Shown here: positions 20,613-31,034 of the stretch, piece by piece | Position numbering within the stretch: position 1 is the first letter of the stretch | How the letters are laid out: each line of letters starts with the position of its first letter | From: an uncultured delta proteobacterium | GTDB lineage: Bacteria > Desulfobacterota > Binatia > UBA9968 | Direction: 5' to 3' | Length of the DNA: 64,000 bases | NCBI GenBank assembly: GCA_963737905.1 | Contig: CAVTUQ010000010.1 | Location: 72,011 to 136,010 of the forward strand | The notes under the pieces: generated by a model | Told to the model about the DNA's origin: nothing | Seen by the model: the letters and a program-made list of their open reading frames with translations, nothing else | Database searches by the model: none | Translations under genes and position numbers: made by a program

Positions 20613-22094
20613 TCATGCATGTAACCGGAAGAAGTGGCAGTTCCAGGCTTTCAGGTCAACGTACAGCCCGGGGTCGTGCATCTCATCTCCATTCCGTTCA
20701 TAGGTCTGGCCGGATAAAACGTCGACCAAGCGCCAGGTTTTTCCTCGTAACTCGTTCCAAGGCACTTGAACAACGGCCTGTGCAGCGCTGTCACTGAGAT
20801 TGACTATGATGAGATAACGCTCCTCGTCCTTGACCCAGCTCCATGCGATGAGATTTTGATAGCTCGAATTATCCGGCCAGCCCGTGCGCTTGCAGAGAGC
20901 CCATCGACCGTCCCGGAACACCGGGGTATTAATGGCGTCCAGGAGCCAGTGATAAAAAATCTGCAATGTTTTATCGGGGATCTCCGGAGGGCGTCTGCCG
21001 AGAAAGACCGGGACTCTAACCTTTCGTCCCTCAAATTGGCCTTCATGGAAGAGTCTCGCTCCCGGCAGGGTAGAGGTCGTTATCACAGCCGCCCGCTCCT
21101 TCGCTGTTACGAACGTCGCGGCGGCACGGGGTTCGTCGTGGTTTTCGATGAAACGAAGGAGCTTCGCCTGGTAGGCAAGCTCGGCGCAGAGATGAAGCCG
21201 CACACTTTCCGCATTGTCGTGCTCCAGACGGTCATAGAGCCGCTTGTCGTAACAAAAGTCGAACCCCTGTTGCTGCAGCTCCCACTCGAGGTCCCAGTAA
21301 GCCTCGGCAACAAACAGGAAGTCGGGATAAGTTTTCTTGACGGTAGGAATCAGGTCGCGCCAGTATTCCGTTGCCGGCCGTTTTCCCACCCGGCTGCCCC
21401 AGGTGCGTTCGAAGATGGAATTCAGCAGAAGCATCGCCATATCGCAGCGAATGCCGTCGCATTGGCCGGCGATACTCAAAACGGTTTCGCGAACGGCCTG
21501 ACGAAGCTCGGGTTGGAAGGCATTCAGCTGCAGCACATCCTGCCAGGCCGGAAAATAAGGATCGCGTCCGTATGCGAAAACATGTCCGCCTAAGTTAATA
21601 AAGGACGCAGGATCAATCTTCGCATCGTCAAGATTGCCTTGAACGAAGTAGTTGGGATGGACAATGACCCAAGGATGGTCCGGTGCCACGTGGTTGGGGA
21701 CAAAATCGAGAATCAGTCGGATACCTCTCTTCGCCAGTTCCTGGCGAGCCACGGAAAGTCCTTCCGGCCCGCCCAGCTGTTTGTCAACCACGTAGCGGCG
21801 AACACAATAAGCCGATCCCACATTGTCCTGGGGACGAAAATCGGGCAATGCCCGCTTAAAATCCTCAAGCAGACTTTGGTTCCGATTGGCAATCGCGATG
21901 CCGGCGGGGCTGCGCTCCCAAACCCCCATCAGCCACACCGCATCGAATCCGTGTGCGGCGAGCGCATCCCATTCAGCTGCCGGTACCGAGCTTAGGGTGA
22001 CGGAGGTTCCCGCTCTTGTGCTTAGCTCAGAAAGCCAGACCCAAGTATTGATCTCGTAGATAGTTGGATTTCGGGCCCAATTGGACACGTTCAA
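20613..22094 (-). CDS. Alpha-amylase family glycoside hydrolase (GH13)
   Basis: LDFVPNH, DGIRCDMA, AEAYW, FIENHDE catalytic motifs. Confidence 0.93.
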   Translation of the reverse strand: MNVSNWARNPTIYEINTWVWLSELSTRAGTSVTLSSVPAAEWDALAAHGFDAVWLMGVWERSPAGIAIANRNQSLLEDFKRALPDFRPQDNVGSAYCVRRYVVDKQLGGPEGLSVARQELAKRGIRLILDFVPNHVAPDHPWVIVHPNYFVQGNLDDAKIDPASFINLGGHVFAYGRDPYFPAWQDVLQLNAFQPELRQAVRETVLSIAGQCDGIRCDMAMLLLNSIFERTWGSRVGKRPATEYWRDLIPTVKKTYPDFLFVAEAYWDLEWELQQQGFDFCYDKRLYDRLEHDNAESVRLHLCAELAYQAKLLRFIENHDEPRAAATFVTAKERAAVITTSTLPGARLFHEGQFEGRKVRVPVFLGRRPPEIPDKTLQIFYHWLLDAINTPVFRDGRWALCKRTGWPDNSSYQNLIAWSWVKDEERYLIIVNLSDSAAQAVVQVPWNELRGKTWRLVDVLSGQTYERNGDEMHDPGLYVDLKAWNCHFFRLHA

Positions 22095-22105
22095 ATACCT
22101 CTTCC

Positions 22106-24844
22106 TTACTTCTTGGTGAATGCGGCGACTCTGCCCATCTCGAGGAAGTGAGCGCCGTCGAGCCGACCGAATAACTCAATCATCGTCGCCACGAGACCCG
22201 TCCAACCGGTCTGGTGACTCGCCCCGAGACCCGCGCCGTTGTCGCCGTGGAAATACTCGTAGAACAGCAGATGATCTCTCCAGTGGGGATCCGTCTGGAA
22301 CTTTTCCGTCCCGCCGTATACCGGACGCTGGCCAGAGTCATTTCGGAGAAAGATTCGTGTCAAACGATGGGTGATCTCCTGCGCCACCTCGAACAGGTTC
22401 ATCAACCGGCCGGTGCCGGTGGGACATTCGATCTTGAAGGTATCACCGTAGTAGAGGTAAAAGTTCAGTAATGCGCGGATGATCAGCGCGTTCACCGGCA
22501 TCCAGATCGGCCCGCGCCAGTTCGAGTTGCCGCCGAACATGCCGCTGTCGGATTCGGCGGGGAGATAACTTACCTCGTGATCCTGCCCCTCCGCGTTGAA
22601 TACATACGGATGATCTTTATGGTAACGCGATAGCGACCGGATGCCGTAGCGGCTCAGGAACTCGTCCTCATCGAGCATTCGCGTAAGGATGCGGCGCAGC
22701 CGCTCGGGATTGACGACCGCGAGAATGCCGCGGTCGCCGTATCCGCGGTGTCCCTGGCCCGTCGGGTGGATACCCTGCAGCAGTTCGGGCATCCGCCGGA
22801 TCCGCTCGCTGAAGTGCGCCAATAGCCGCGGTAACCGCTCGCGCTGCCAAGGCTCAATCACGGTGGTGGCGCACAGCGGCAATAGGCCGACCATCGAGCG
22901 CACCTTAAGACGGATGGCGCGACCATCGGGCAAGCGCAGGACGTCGTAATAGAACCCATCCTCCTCGTCCCACATGCCGTCCTGACCGACGTGGTTCATC
23001 GCCCTCCCGATCCACAGGAAATGCTCGACAAACTTCATCGCCAGATCTTCATAGGTCGTGTCGTAGGCCGCAATCTCTACGCCGATATCGAGCATGTTTT
23101 GGCAGAAGAGCGCCATCCAGGCGGTGCCGTCGGCCTGTTCGAGATGGCCGCCGGTTGGCAGCGACGCTGAGCGATCGAAGACGCCGATGTTGTCGAGACC
23201 CAGAAAGCCGCCTTCGAAGACGTTTTTCCCGAAGCGGTCCTTACGATTGACCCACCAGGTGAAGTTGGCCAGTAACTTGCCGAAAGACCGCTTCATGAAC
23301 TCGACGTCCCCCTGGCCGCGCAATGCCTGCTCCACGCGATAAAGAAAGATCGTGGCCCAGGCGTGCACGGGCGGGTTTACATCTCCGAAGTTCCACTCGT
23401 AAGCCGGGATCTGCCCGCTCGGGTGGAGGTAGAACGCGCGCAGCATCAGCTCGAGCTGCTCCTTGGCAAAATCCACGTCCACTTCCGCGAGCGCGATGGT
23501 GTGAAAGGCGAGGTCCCAGGCCGCGTACCAGGGGTACTCCCACTTGTCGGGCATGGAGATCACGTGGTCGTTGATCATGTGCACCCATTCGCGGTTGCGC
23601 ACCGGCCGGCTCTGCGCGGCAAACGGATCCACGCCGTGCTCTTCGAGCCACTTGTCGACGTCGAAGAAATAGTACTGCTTGCTCCAGAGCATGCCCCCCA
23701 GGGCTTGCCGCATGATGTTGGCAGCGTCTTCGCTCACTGAGCTCGGCGTGATGCACCGATAGAATTCATCCGCCTCGTTTCGGCGCGTTCTCAATATCGC
23801 ATCGAAATCGCTGCCAAAGGGCTCTTCCTTCAGCGCCTCAGGCGCTAGATCCGTTAGGCGCAGCTGAATTTCAGTCTCGGCCCCGCCGGGCACAGTTATC
23901 TGGTAATGGGCGGCGGCTTTGGTTCCGGTGCGGTCTGGATTCACCGCCTCCTGCCGACCGTGGATGACGTAATCATTGATGCCGTCTTTTACAAAGCGCC
24001 CTTCATTCGGTGAGCCAAAAAGGACTTGATGGTTGGTCTCGTTCTCGGTGAAAAACATCGGTGCAGGTCCTTTGCAATAAAGAAACCGCTCGCCTAATTC
24101 CGAATGGGAGGCCGAGACGGCGCTCATGCCATGGACTCCTTCGATCTGCCGAAGCCGCGGCTTGGCAGTTCCTCCTTGCGATGACCATGTGCGACGGAAC
24201 CATAATGTCGGCAGCACATGAAGCAGCGCAGTGTCCGGGCCGCGATTGGCCACCGTAATTTTGATCAAGATATCCTCGGGTGCCGCTTTGGCATATTCGA
24301 CAAACACGTCGAAGTAGCGGTCCTCATCGAAAACACCCGTATCCAGCAATTCATACTCAAGCTCGTTGCGCGAGCGCTGCCGGTTGGTTTCCACCAGGTC
24401 CGCGTACGGATATGGCTTCTGCGGGTACTTGTATAGCCATTTCATGTAGGAATGGGTCGGTGTCGAATCGAGATAGAAATAATACTCTTTGACGTCCTCG
24501 CCGTGGTTGCCCTCCGAATTAGTGAGGCCAAAGAGTCGCTCTTTGAGAATCGGATCCTTGCCATTCCATAGGGCCAGCGCAAAGCACAGACGCTGCCCGT
24601 CGTCGGAGAGACCGGCCAAACCGTCCTCGCCCCAGCGGTAGGCGCGGGAGCGCGCCTGATCGTGGCTGAAGTAGTTCCAGGCGTCGCCGTTTTCACTGTA
24701 GTCCTCGCGAACGGTGCCCCATTGGCGCTCGCTCAAATACGGACCCCACTTCCGCCAGGGGATACCGCGCTCCCGGGCCTCCGCGAGGCGCTCCGTCTCG
24801 GCTCCGGCTTGTTCGGCTGTTAGGGTTGATGTTGGTGATTTCAT
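22106..24844 (-). CDS. MGH1-like / GH63 glucosidase
   Basis: WGPYLSERQWGTVREDYS, MPDKWEYPWYAAWDLAFH, EYFHGDNGAGLGASHQTGWT. Confidence 0.94.
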   Translation of the reverse strand: MKSPTSTLTAEQAGAETERLAEARERGIPWRKWGPYLSERQWGTVREDYSENGDAWNYFSHDQARSRAYRWGEDGLAGLSDDGQRLCFALALWNGKDPILKERLFGLTNSEGNHGEDVKEYYFYLDSTPTHSYMKWLYKYPQKPYPYADLVETNRQRSRNELEYELLDTGVFDEDRYFDVFVEYAKAAPEDILIKITVANRGPDTALLHVLPTLWFRRTWSSQGGTAKPRLRQIEGVHGMSAVSASHSELGERFLYCKGPAPMFFTENETNHQVLFGSPNEGRFVKDGINDYVIHGRQEAVNPDRTGTKAAAHYQITVPGGAETEIQLRLTDLAPEALKEEPFGSDFDAILRTRRNEADEFYRCITPSSVSEDAANIMRQALGGMLWSKQYYFFDVDKWLEEHGVDPFAAQSRPVRNREWVHMINDHVISMPDKWEYPWYAAWDLAFHTIALAEVDVDFAKEQLELMLRAFYLHPSGQIPAYEWNFGDVNPPVHAWATIFLYRVEQALRGQGDVEFMKRSFGKLLANFTWWVNRKDRFGKNVFEGGFLGLDNIGVFDRSASLPTGGHLEQADGTAWMALFCQNMLDIGVEIAAYDTTYEDLAMKFVEHFLWIGRAMNHVGQDGMWDEEDGFYYDVLRLPDGRAIRLKVRSMVGLLPLCATTVIEPWQRERLPRLLAHFSERIRRMPELLQGIHPTGQGHRGYGDRGILAVVNPERLRRILTRMLDEDEFLSRYGIRSLSRYHKDHPYVFNAEGQDHEVSYLPAESDSGMFGGNSNWRGPIWMPVNALIIRALLNFYLYYGDTFKIECPTGTGRLMNLFEVAQEITHRLTRIFLRNDSGQRPVYGGTEKFQTDPHWRDHLLFYEYFHGDNGAGLGASHQTGWTGLVATMIELFGRLDGAHFLEMGRVAAFTKK

Positions 24845-24969
24845 GGACTTGCTCCTCGAAACAAAGTGTTGTTGTGCTCGGTGTTTTATTACAGCATAGT
24901 AGCCGGGTGAAAATGAAAGAGGAAAAAAGTGAGGCGTAGCCAGGTCTTCAAATTATTGTTGATTCCTTC

Positions 24970-25642
24970 TCATGTTGCCGACCCGCCGATGGTCTTTCCA
25001 TAGGTTTGAATAGCTTCCACTACACCATGAAAGATGAGTCCCATACCCATGCTAGCGACAAAAAAGCCGACAATGCGCGTGGCCGCGTCTATCCCCTTAG
25101 GGCCGATGCGGCTGAGAACTGTCTTGGCGTAGGCTAGAAATAGATAGGTGACGAACATCGTAGCCACAATGGCAAGACAGATGGCAACAGCGGAGGCGAA
25201 TACAAATTCGGAGTGTTTCACCGTCGAAGTCATGCCAAGGATGGTCGCGATGGCTCCCGGTCCAAACATGATCGGCATGGCAAGGGGCACGAAGGCGACG
25301 TCTTCATCTTTGGCGCCCGAGCCGCTTGCGACACTAGCCCAGCGATGCACCCGAGGACGAAGGTGAAAACAGGTCGAAGCCGATGCGCATCAGGATGATG
25401 CCGCCGACAATCCGGACCATGCTCAGTGGAACGCCGAAAATCCACAGTATCAGATGCCCAAAGAAGAGAAAGAAAAATGCCAGGAGCAGGGCGTAGAAGC
25501 AAGATAGGCGCGCGACCCGTTGATGTTCGTCTTCGTCCTTGCCTTCAAGAAGCTCGAGAAAGACCGGCAGGGCCTCCAGCGGATTAATAATCGCCAGCAG
25601 AGTTGTGAACATACCAACAAAGAGTGTCAGCTCTTGGCTCAT
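24970..25642 (-). CDS. marC: MarC family membrane protein, 1-nt frameshift near 25340
   Basis: INPLEALPVF, RIVGGIIL, then VPLAMPIMFGPGAIAT and TRIVGFF in the shifted frame. Confidence 0.85.
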
Positions 25643-25675
25643 AATTGATCCCCAAAGGAATAGGTGGATTGATTG

Positions 25676-26011
25676 CTATCGCTGTTGCTGCGCCTTGAGT
25701 TGCTGGAGCTCTCTGCTCTGCTGCTCGATTTGAGCTTGCTGAGCCGACAATTGCTGTTGCACGGCTTGTTCCTGTTTTTGCCGCGCCTGCATCTGGTCGC
25801 CGATCAAGGCGCCGCCGATCAACCCTACGGCAGCGCCGATGCCGGCGCCGGCGCCGGCATGCCCTGTAGCGCTGCCGATGATGGCGCCTAAGCCGGCCCC
25901 GGTCAGAGTTCCGATGCCGGCGCCCTTCTCCCTCGTTGTCAGAGGCTCCGAGCAGCCGAGAAAAAATGTCGCCAAAGAAATGACTAAAACCGTCGTGAGA
26001 GTCCTCTGCAT
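25676..26011 (-). CDS. Glycine-zipper lipoprotein (paralogue of 8073-8438)
   Basis: FLGC lipobox, LTTREKGAGIG, Gln-rich coiled coil. Confidence 0.85.
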   Translation of the reverse strand: MQRTLTTVLVISLATFFLGCSEPLTTREKGAGIGTLTGAGLGAIIGSATGHAGAGAGIGAAVGLIGGALIGDQMQARQKQEQAVQQQLSAQQAQIEQQSRELQQLKAQQQR

Positions 26012-26050
26012 ATCCCGCTCCTTACTGAGTTCGATGCGTCTATCCGATTG

Positions 26051-26518
26051 TCATTTTGCCGGACTCTTTGCCGGCGCTCCCTTGGAGGGATCGACTTTTA
26101 TGCGATTCGCATGCAACTCTTGAGCAATCGCAACGATGGCTTCAGCAACACGCTTGTTGGGATTGGCCCGGCAGTACTTTTCGATCCGTTCTTGCAATTG
26201 GTCTATGGTAACGGTTCCGACGACGTCAAAGGTGTCCGTGACATAAAAATTGTGCGCGGTGAAAAACCCCGCTACCCAATGCTCGATGATCACATCGGCG
26301 ATTTCGTACTGCTCGGGTGTAAAATTCTCCAGGCGCTTTTCCGAAAACTTAAGGTAGTCGGCGCAGGACCTGGAGCCGACCCCGAGAGCGAAATACCGAC
26401 CGTTACTGTCGATGGCCAGCACGTTAGATAGCCACCCTGAAATTAAAAAAACTGCAAGTAGCCCAACCGTCACTAATCTAGAAAGCTTAATTCTCATAGG
26501 ATTCCTCCGCTGACTCAA
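26051..26518 (-). CDS. Exported two-Cys helical protein (HdeA/Rap1a-like)
   Basis: Signal peptide; GSRSCADYL, WVAGF, YCRANP. Confidence 0.6.
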   Translation of the reverse strand: MSQRRNPMRIKLSRLVTVGLLAVFLISGWLSNVLAIDSNGRYFALGVGSRSCADYLKFSEKRLENFTPEQYEIADVIIEHWVAGFFTAHNFYVTDTFDVVGTVTIDQLQERIEKYCRANPNKRVAEAIVAIAQELHANRIKVDPSKGAPAKSPAK

Positions 26519-26599
26519 AGATTCTTTCTGCTTAAAGCTGCTAAAATTTTTCCGGCACGATGTCCATTCTAGACTAGTCGGTTCGAGATTTAACCAATT

Positions 26600-27226
26600 T
26601 TAGGGCTTTTTCCCGCTGCCAATCGCGCTGATAGCGCCAGCAATTTCTCGGCTCAGATCGGCCACGGTTTCACTCAGCGCGGCCACAGACGCTTCGGTGG
26701 ACTTATCTTTCGCCAGATGAGTCAAATATGATTCCTTGAGGCTGATGGTCTTTTTTGCACTGTCCATGATGCTCCAACGGGCCCGCAACTCGACGGCTTG
26801 CTCCGCATTGGGCTCGAAACGGAGCACTTCCACCTGGACTTGATAGGTGGGCCGTTGGTTTCTTTCCCAGGGGAAAGCGACAATTCTGTCGGTCTGAAGC
26901 AGGATTGACAAATTTTGCGAGAGGACCTGCGAAAAATTTTCTTCCAGTGGTTCCGCCCAACGATCGTTCTCAGCAACCGCAAACCGGTTTTGGGATATTC
27001 GCGTGACGAGCTGTTGACGATCAAGATATCCTGGAAACTTGATCGGGCCCATGCCCAGGGCAAGCGCGTCGGTTCCAGCGGCATCCTGCGCTCGCTGGCC
27101 CGCGCGCGGCAGAGGAGCCAATGCGAAAAACCTTGACGGGTCGGGTTTCGGACCGAGAGAAGCACAACCCGCTGGAATGAGGCACAAGAGCAAGAGTGTT
27201 AAAGGAAGTTCTTTCCAGGAATGCAT
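26600..27226 (-). CDS. pqiC: PqiC-like ABC auxiliary lipoprotein
   Basis: PAGC lipobox, PGYLDRQQLV, RWAEPL. Confidence 0.9.
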   Translation of the reverse strand: MHSWKELPLTLLLLCLIPAGCASLGPKPDPSRFFALAPLPRAGQRAQDAAGTDALALGMGPIKFPGYLDRQQLVTRISQNRFAVAENDRWAEPLEENFSQVLSQNLSILLQTDRIVAFPWERNQRPTYQVQVEVLRFEPNAEQAVELRARWSIMDSAKKTISLKESYLTHLAKDKSTEASVAALSETVADLSREIAGAISAIGSGKKP

Positions 27227-28236
27227 CAGTCCTCCTTCGACGCGGGCTTTCCGAAGATGAGGGCTCTCGGGTTGCGTTCCAGGTAACCGGTAAGAGATCG
27301 CAGCGACCGTGCCGCCGCGGAAACTTCTCTGAGGCCTTTTACCAACTCATAGTTAACCGGTGAGTCAAGATCGGTCAGTGTCTCAATGTTGGTCACTGCT
27401 GCCTCTGCGCTTTTCATGGTTGCCGTCGCCTGTTGAAGCGCCTTGTCCGCTTCTTTCAGCGATCCACGAGTGTCGATGGAGGTCTGCTCCAGATTTGCGG
27501 CCAGACTCTTGCTGTTGTTATTTAAGGTCACCGCAAGATCACGAATGCTCAGGACCGCCTCATCGATCTTGGGCACGGTTTGCCGCAGCGAGCGAATCGT
27601 CGCCTCCAATTCCGGGGAATTGACGGTGCGTTTGATGCCATTGACGGTTTCGTCTAGCGAGGCGATCAACCCCTTAAAATCGATCTCCTCAATTTTGTTC
27701 ATGATCCGGGTCGCGGCACCTTTGGCCTGCTCCAGGGTGGTGGGCAGGGTTGGTATCTCCGGATATTTGTAATCACCTTTTGTGCTCTGGACGAGATTGA
27801 ACGGAGTGCCTGGAAAAAAATCAAGGGAGATAAAGAGCAGTCCTGTAACCAGGCTCTCCATCTCGAGTTGCCCTCGGAGCCCTCTATCCGCAATTGCTTT
27901 AGTGAGGGCTTCGCGGTCCACCGCAGTGACGGCGGCCTGGGTCGCTCCCCTTGAGGCAAACTTTTCCAGGTCGATTTCGATGATCACGGGAATCTTAAGT
28001 TCCTTGTCTTTTTCGAGCTGTAACCTGATGTCCTTCACCGAGCCGATCTCGACGCCCTTGATCTTCACCGGCGCGCCGATGCGGAGCCCGTTCACCGAAT
28101 TGTCGAAATAGAGCACGAACTCTCTAGTCTGACGAAACAGTCGGCCCGAGCCGAATACCAGAATCGCAATCACGATCAAAGCCACGGCTCCAAGCACAAA
28201 GGCGCCAATCACAGCCGGGCTCATTTTCTTATTCAT
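27226..28236 (-). CDS. mlaD: MCE/MlaD family protein with helical tail
   Basis: IGAFVLG TM, SVNGLRIGAPVKIKGVEIGSV, YLERNPRALIFG. Confidence 0.9.
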   Translation of the reverse strand: MNKKMSPAVIGAFVLGAVALIVIAILVFGSGRLFRQTREFVLYFDNSVNGLRIGAPVKIKGVEIGSVKDIRLQLEKDKELKIPVIIEIDLEKFASRGATQAAVTAVDREALTKAIADRGLRGQLEMESLVTGLLFISLDFFPGTPFNLVQSTKGDYKYPEIPTLPTTLEQAKGAATRIMNKIEEIDFKGLIASLDETVNGIKRTVNSPELEATIRSLRQTVPKIDEAVLSIRDLAVTLNNNSKSLAANLEQTSIDTRGSLKEADKALQQATATMKSAEAAVTNIETLTDLDSPVNYELVKGLREVSAAARSLRSLTGYLERNPRALIFGKPASKED

Positions 28237-29015
28237 GACTCCTCCTTCTCTCCTCGACGCAAGAACGCCCGCACCTTGGGATCGGGACAATGGGCCAAAA
28301 GCTCCTTGGGGTCACCGCTGGCAGTCATGGTCTTGGTGTCGGGATCGAGAAACACGCTGTTGTTACCGATGGTGAAGATGCTGGCGAGCTCGTGGGTCAC
28401 CACCACCACCGTCGCTCCCAGACTATCGCGCAGCTCGAGAATCAAATCATCGAGGAGCCGGGAACTGATCGGATCGAGGCCCGCCGACGGCTCGTCAAAA
28501 AATAACACCTCGGGATCGAGTGCCATGGCTCGCGCCAGACCGGCTCTCTTCTGCATGCCGCCGCTGATCTGGGACGGGTAATAATCTTCGAATCCCTTGA
28601 GGCCGACGAGTGCGAGCTTCAGGGACGCCACTTCCCGGATCTCGGTCGGTTTCAAGTCGGTGTACTCTTCCAGCAGCATGCCGATGTTTTCCGCCAGGGT
28701 CATAGAGCTCCACAGGCCTCCGGTCTGGAATAACACCCCCATGCGTCTAAGCAGCTCTTGTCTTTGCTCGAAGTCTGCTTTGGTGAAGTTTTCATCGCCG
28801 TAGAAGATATTCCCTTTCGCCGGCTCGATGAGACCGATCATGTGTCTTAGCAAGGTGCTTTTGCCGCTGCCGCTGCCGCCCATGATGATGAAGACATCGC
28901 CATGATTGACGGTAAAAGTGAGATCGCGCATGAGCACGAAGCTGCCGAAGGCCATGGTCAGATCGCGCACTGTGATATGGGGGCTAGCACCATTGGCGTT
29001 GATCCCTTCGACCAT
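28233..29015 (-). CDS. mlaF: MlaF-like ABC ATPase
   Basis: GGSGSGKS, ISGGMQKR, FDEPSAGLDP. Confidence 0.92.
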   Translation of the reverse strand: MVEGINANGASPHITVRDLTMAFGSFVLMRDLTFTVNHGDVFIIMGGSGSGKSTLLRHMIGLIEPAKGNIFYGDENFTKADFEQRQELLRRMGVLFQTGGLWSSMTLAENIGMLLEEYTDLKPTEIREVASLKLALVGLKGFEDYYPSQISGGMQKRAGLARAMALDPEVLFFDEPSAGLDPISSRLLDDLILELRDSLGATVVVVTHELASIFTIGNNSVFLDPDTKTMTASGDPKELLAHCPDPKVRAFLRRGEKEES

Positions 29016-30149
29016 TCAGATTCCCAAAATATAGAAGACAACGGCGAAGATCCCACAGGCTACGACGATGGCGACGATCCCCGTGACCACAGCCGATGTC
29101 GCGGCATCCCCGACGGCGGAAGAGCTGTTGCCGCACTGGAGACCCCTCAGGCAACCCGAAAGGGCGATCAGTACGCCGTAGACCGAGGCCTTGAAGATGC
29201 CGCCGAAGAGATCGGTCAGTGAGATGGCATTAGCGGTCTCGTGAAAATAGGTGGTCCAGGAGAGGTCCAGCATAGCGACACCGATGACGGCGCCCCCGAT
29301 AACACCGACAAAGTCAGCGTAAAGGCACAACAGCGGCATCATCAAAATGAGCGCCATGACGCGAGGAAGAACCAAAAATTCCAGAGGCGAAAAGCCGGCG
29401 GTGGTGAATGCATCGACTTCCTGGGTGACCTTCATGGTGCCGAGTTGCGCGGCGAAGGCCGCTCCGGTGCGTCCCGCCATGATAATGCCGGTCATCATCG
29501 CGCCCATCTCGCGTATCATGGCAATCCCGACCAAATCCGCCACATAGATTTGGGCGCCAAACTGCTTGAGCTGCACGGCGCCGACGAAGGCAAGGATCAC
29601 GCCGACCAAGAAGCTTATCAGTGTAACGATGGGCAGCGCCTGGGCGCCGCACTCCTGCATCAGGAGAAATAGATCCGAGGTTCGATAACGCGCTTTGAGC
29701 CGAACAAGCGCGAAAAAAGTCACGGTCATCTCGCCCAAGAAAGCCAGCATCTCTTTACCGGAACCGGCGAGACCAAGGGCGCTGGTGCCGAAACGTTCAA
29801 GGAACGATGCTTGTGTTACTTCCCTGCGGGCGCCTTTTCTTTCCGGCACCGCTTCGGCAAGAGCGAGAAGCTTTCGCACGCCAACGGGCAACCCTTCACG
29901 GTCCATGGGGATTCCACGCTGCCGGCATAACTCGGAGACTTCAACCAGAAAAGTTAGAACGCTGCTGTCCCAGGATGTTAATCCTTCGGCGTCAAAGGTA
30001 ACTCCATGCACCGTCGAAGGAGGCTCCAACTGGCGCTGGACCAACGTGGCGGAGGGAAGCCCGCCGCGCAAGCGCCAGATACCGCGGAGCTGAACTTTGA
30101 GAGTGAAATTGCCTGATAGATTGAACGATAGTTGACTATTGTTTGCCAT
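29016..30149 (-). CDS. mlaE: MlaE permease with N-terminal STAS domain
   Basis: WDSSVL STAS, REMGAMMT, GRTGAAFAAQLGTM, VGDAATSAVV. Confidence 0.92.
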   Translation of the reverse strand: MANNSQLSFNLSGNFTLKVQLRGIWRLRGGLPSATLVQRQLEPPSTVHGVTFDAEGLTSWDSSVLTFLVEVSELCRQRGIPMDREGLPVGVRKLLALAEAVPERKGARREVTQASFLERFGTSALGLAGSGKEMLAFLGEMTVTFFALVRLKARYRTSDLFLLMQECGAQALPIVTLISFLVGVILAFVGAVQLKQFGAQIYVADLVGIAMIREMGAMMTGIIMAGRTGAAFAAQLGTMKVTQEVDAFTTAGFSPLEFLVLPRVMALILMMPLLCLYADFVGVIGGAVIGVAMLDLSWTTYFHETANAISLTDLFGGIFKASVYGVLIALSGCLRGLQCGNSSSAVGDAATSAVVTGIVAIVVACGIFAVVFYILGI

Positions 30150-30462
30150 GCTTAAAACGGGTTCGCATTTGGCGGTAGATTGGCATGTTAGATAAGCTAA
30201 TGGAGATACTGAGGGAGTCCCACCCATATTCCATCATTTCCCCGTGCTAGTGTTCCAATATCGCATTTTTCTATCATTCCAGTCTGCTTTGTTCCAGCAC
30301 TCCATTATTTCTGGGTCCGTCTGCTCACTGACGCCTGATTTCCACGATCTGTGTCTCATCCTACGAAAACGCCAAGAATTCAGTTTTTGCTTGGCGCTCT
30401 TTGCGGCTTTGCGGGGGGATATCCGATGCGTTTTTATCCCGCAAAGCGTTATCGCCGGTGTA

Positions 30463-30840
30463 CTATTTGAGCGCGACGTGCAGTGTCTTCATAAACAATT
30501 CGTCGTCGAACGGTTTGCGCAGGAAGGCGACTGCGCCTGCCGCCAGGGCCCGGTCGCGGACTCCGACGTCGTCGTGAGCCGTGATGAAGATGACAGGGAG
30601 CCGATTGCCGCTGCGGGCTAATCGCTCCTGTACTTCCAGGCCGCTCATCCCGGGCATCTGCACGTCGAGGACCACACAGTCCGGCTGAAACGACGGCATC
30701 GTCTCGATGAGATCGATGAACTCTCGCCCTGAGCTGAACGCGTCCGCATCCATTCCTAGCGAGCGCACCAACCGCTTCATGGCGCGGCAGACGGATTCGT
30801 CGTCATCGACAATGGCGATCAGTGGCTTGGACTTACTCAA
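30463..30840 (-). CDS. Single-domain response regulator
   Basis: IVDDD, LDVQMPGMSG, ITAH, KPF. Confidence 0.92.
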   Translation of the reverse strand: MSKSKPLIAIVDDDESVCRAMKRLVRSLGMDADAFSSGREFIDLIETMPSFQPDCVVLDVQMPGMSGLEVQERLARSGNRLPVIFITAHDDVGVRDRALAAGAVAFLRKPFDDELFMKTLHVALK

Positions 30841-30927
30841 AGGAAATGCTCTCCGCGCGCTGTCGGTGGCGCGACGCTCTATTTTGGTTAAGCCGGAATC
30901 AATCTAGAGGAGTTCGAGGAGTCTGTA

Positions 30928-30947
30928 TATTGGACCTTAGTCCAATA
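30928..30947. promoter_or_regulatory. Palindromic operator, candidate site for the FixJ/NodW-type regulator
   Basis: TATTGGAC-CTTA-GTCCAATA, perfect 8-bp arms. Confidence 0.6.
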
Positions 30948-31034
30948 GGGGAGGGAACGAGCGTCAGATGTCAGGTTTCGGGTTTTACAGAAGGCCTCTG
31001 ATCCTGTCACCCGAACGCTGAAACCTGCTATCTT

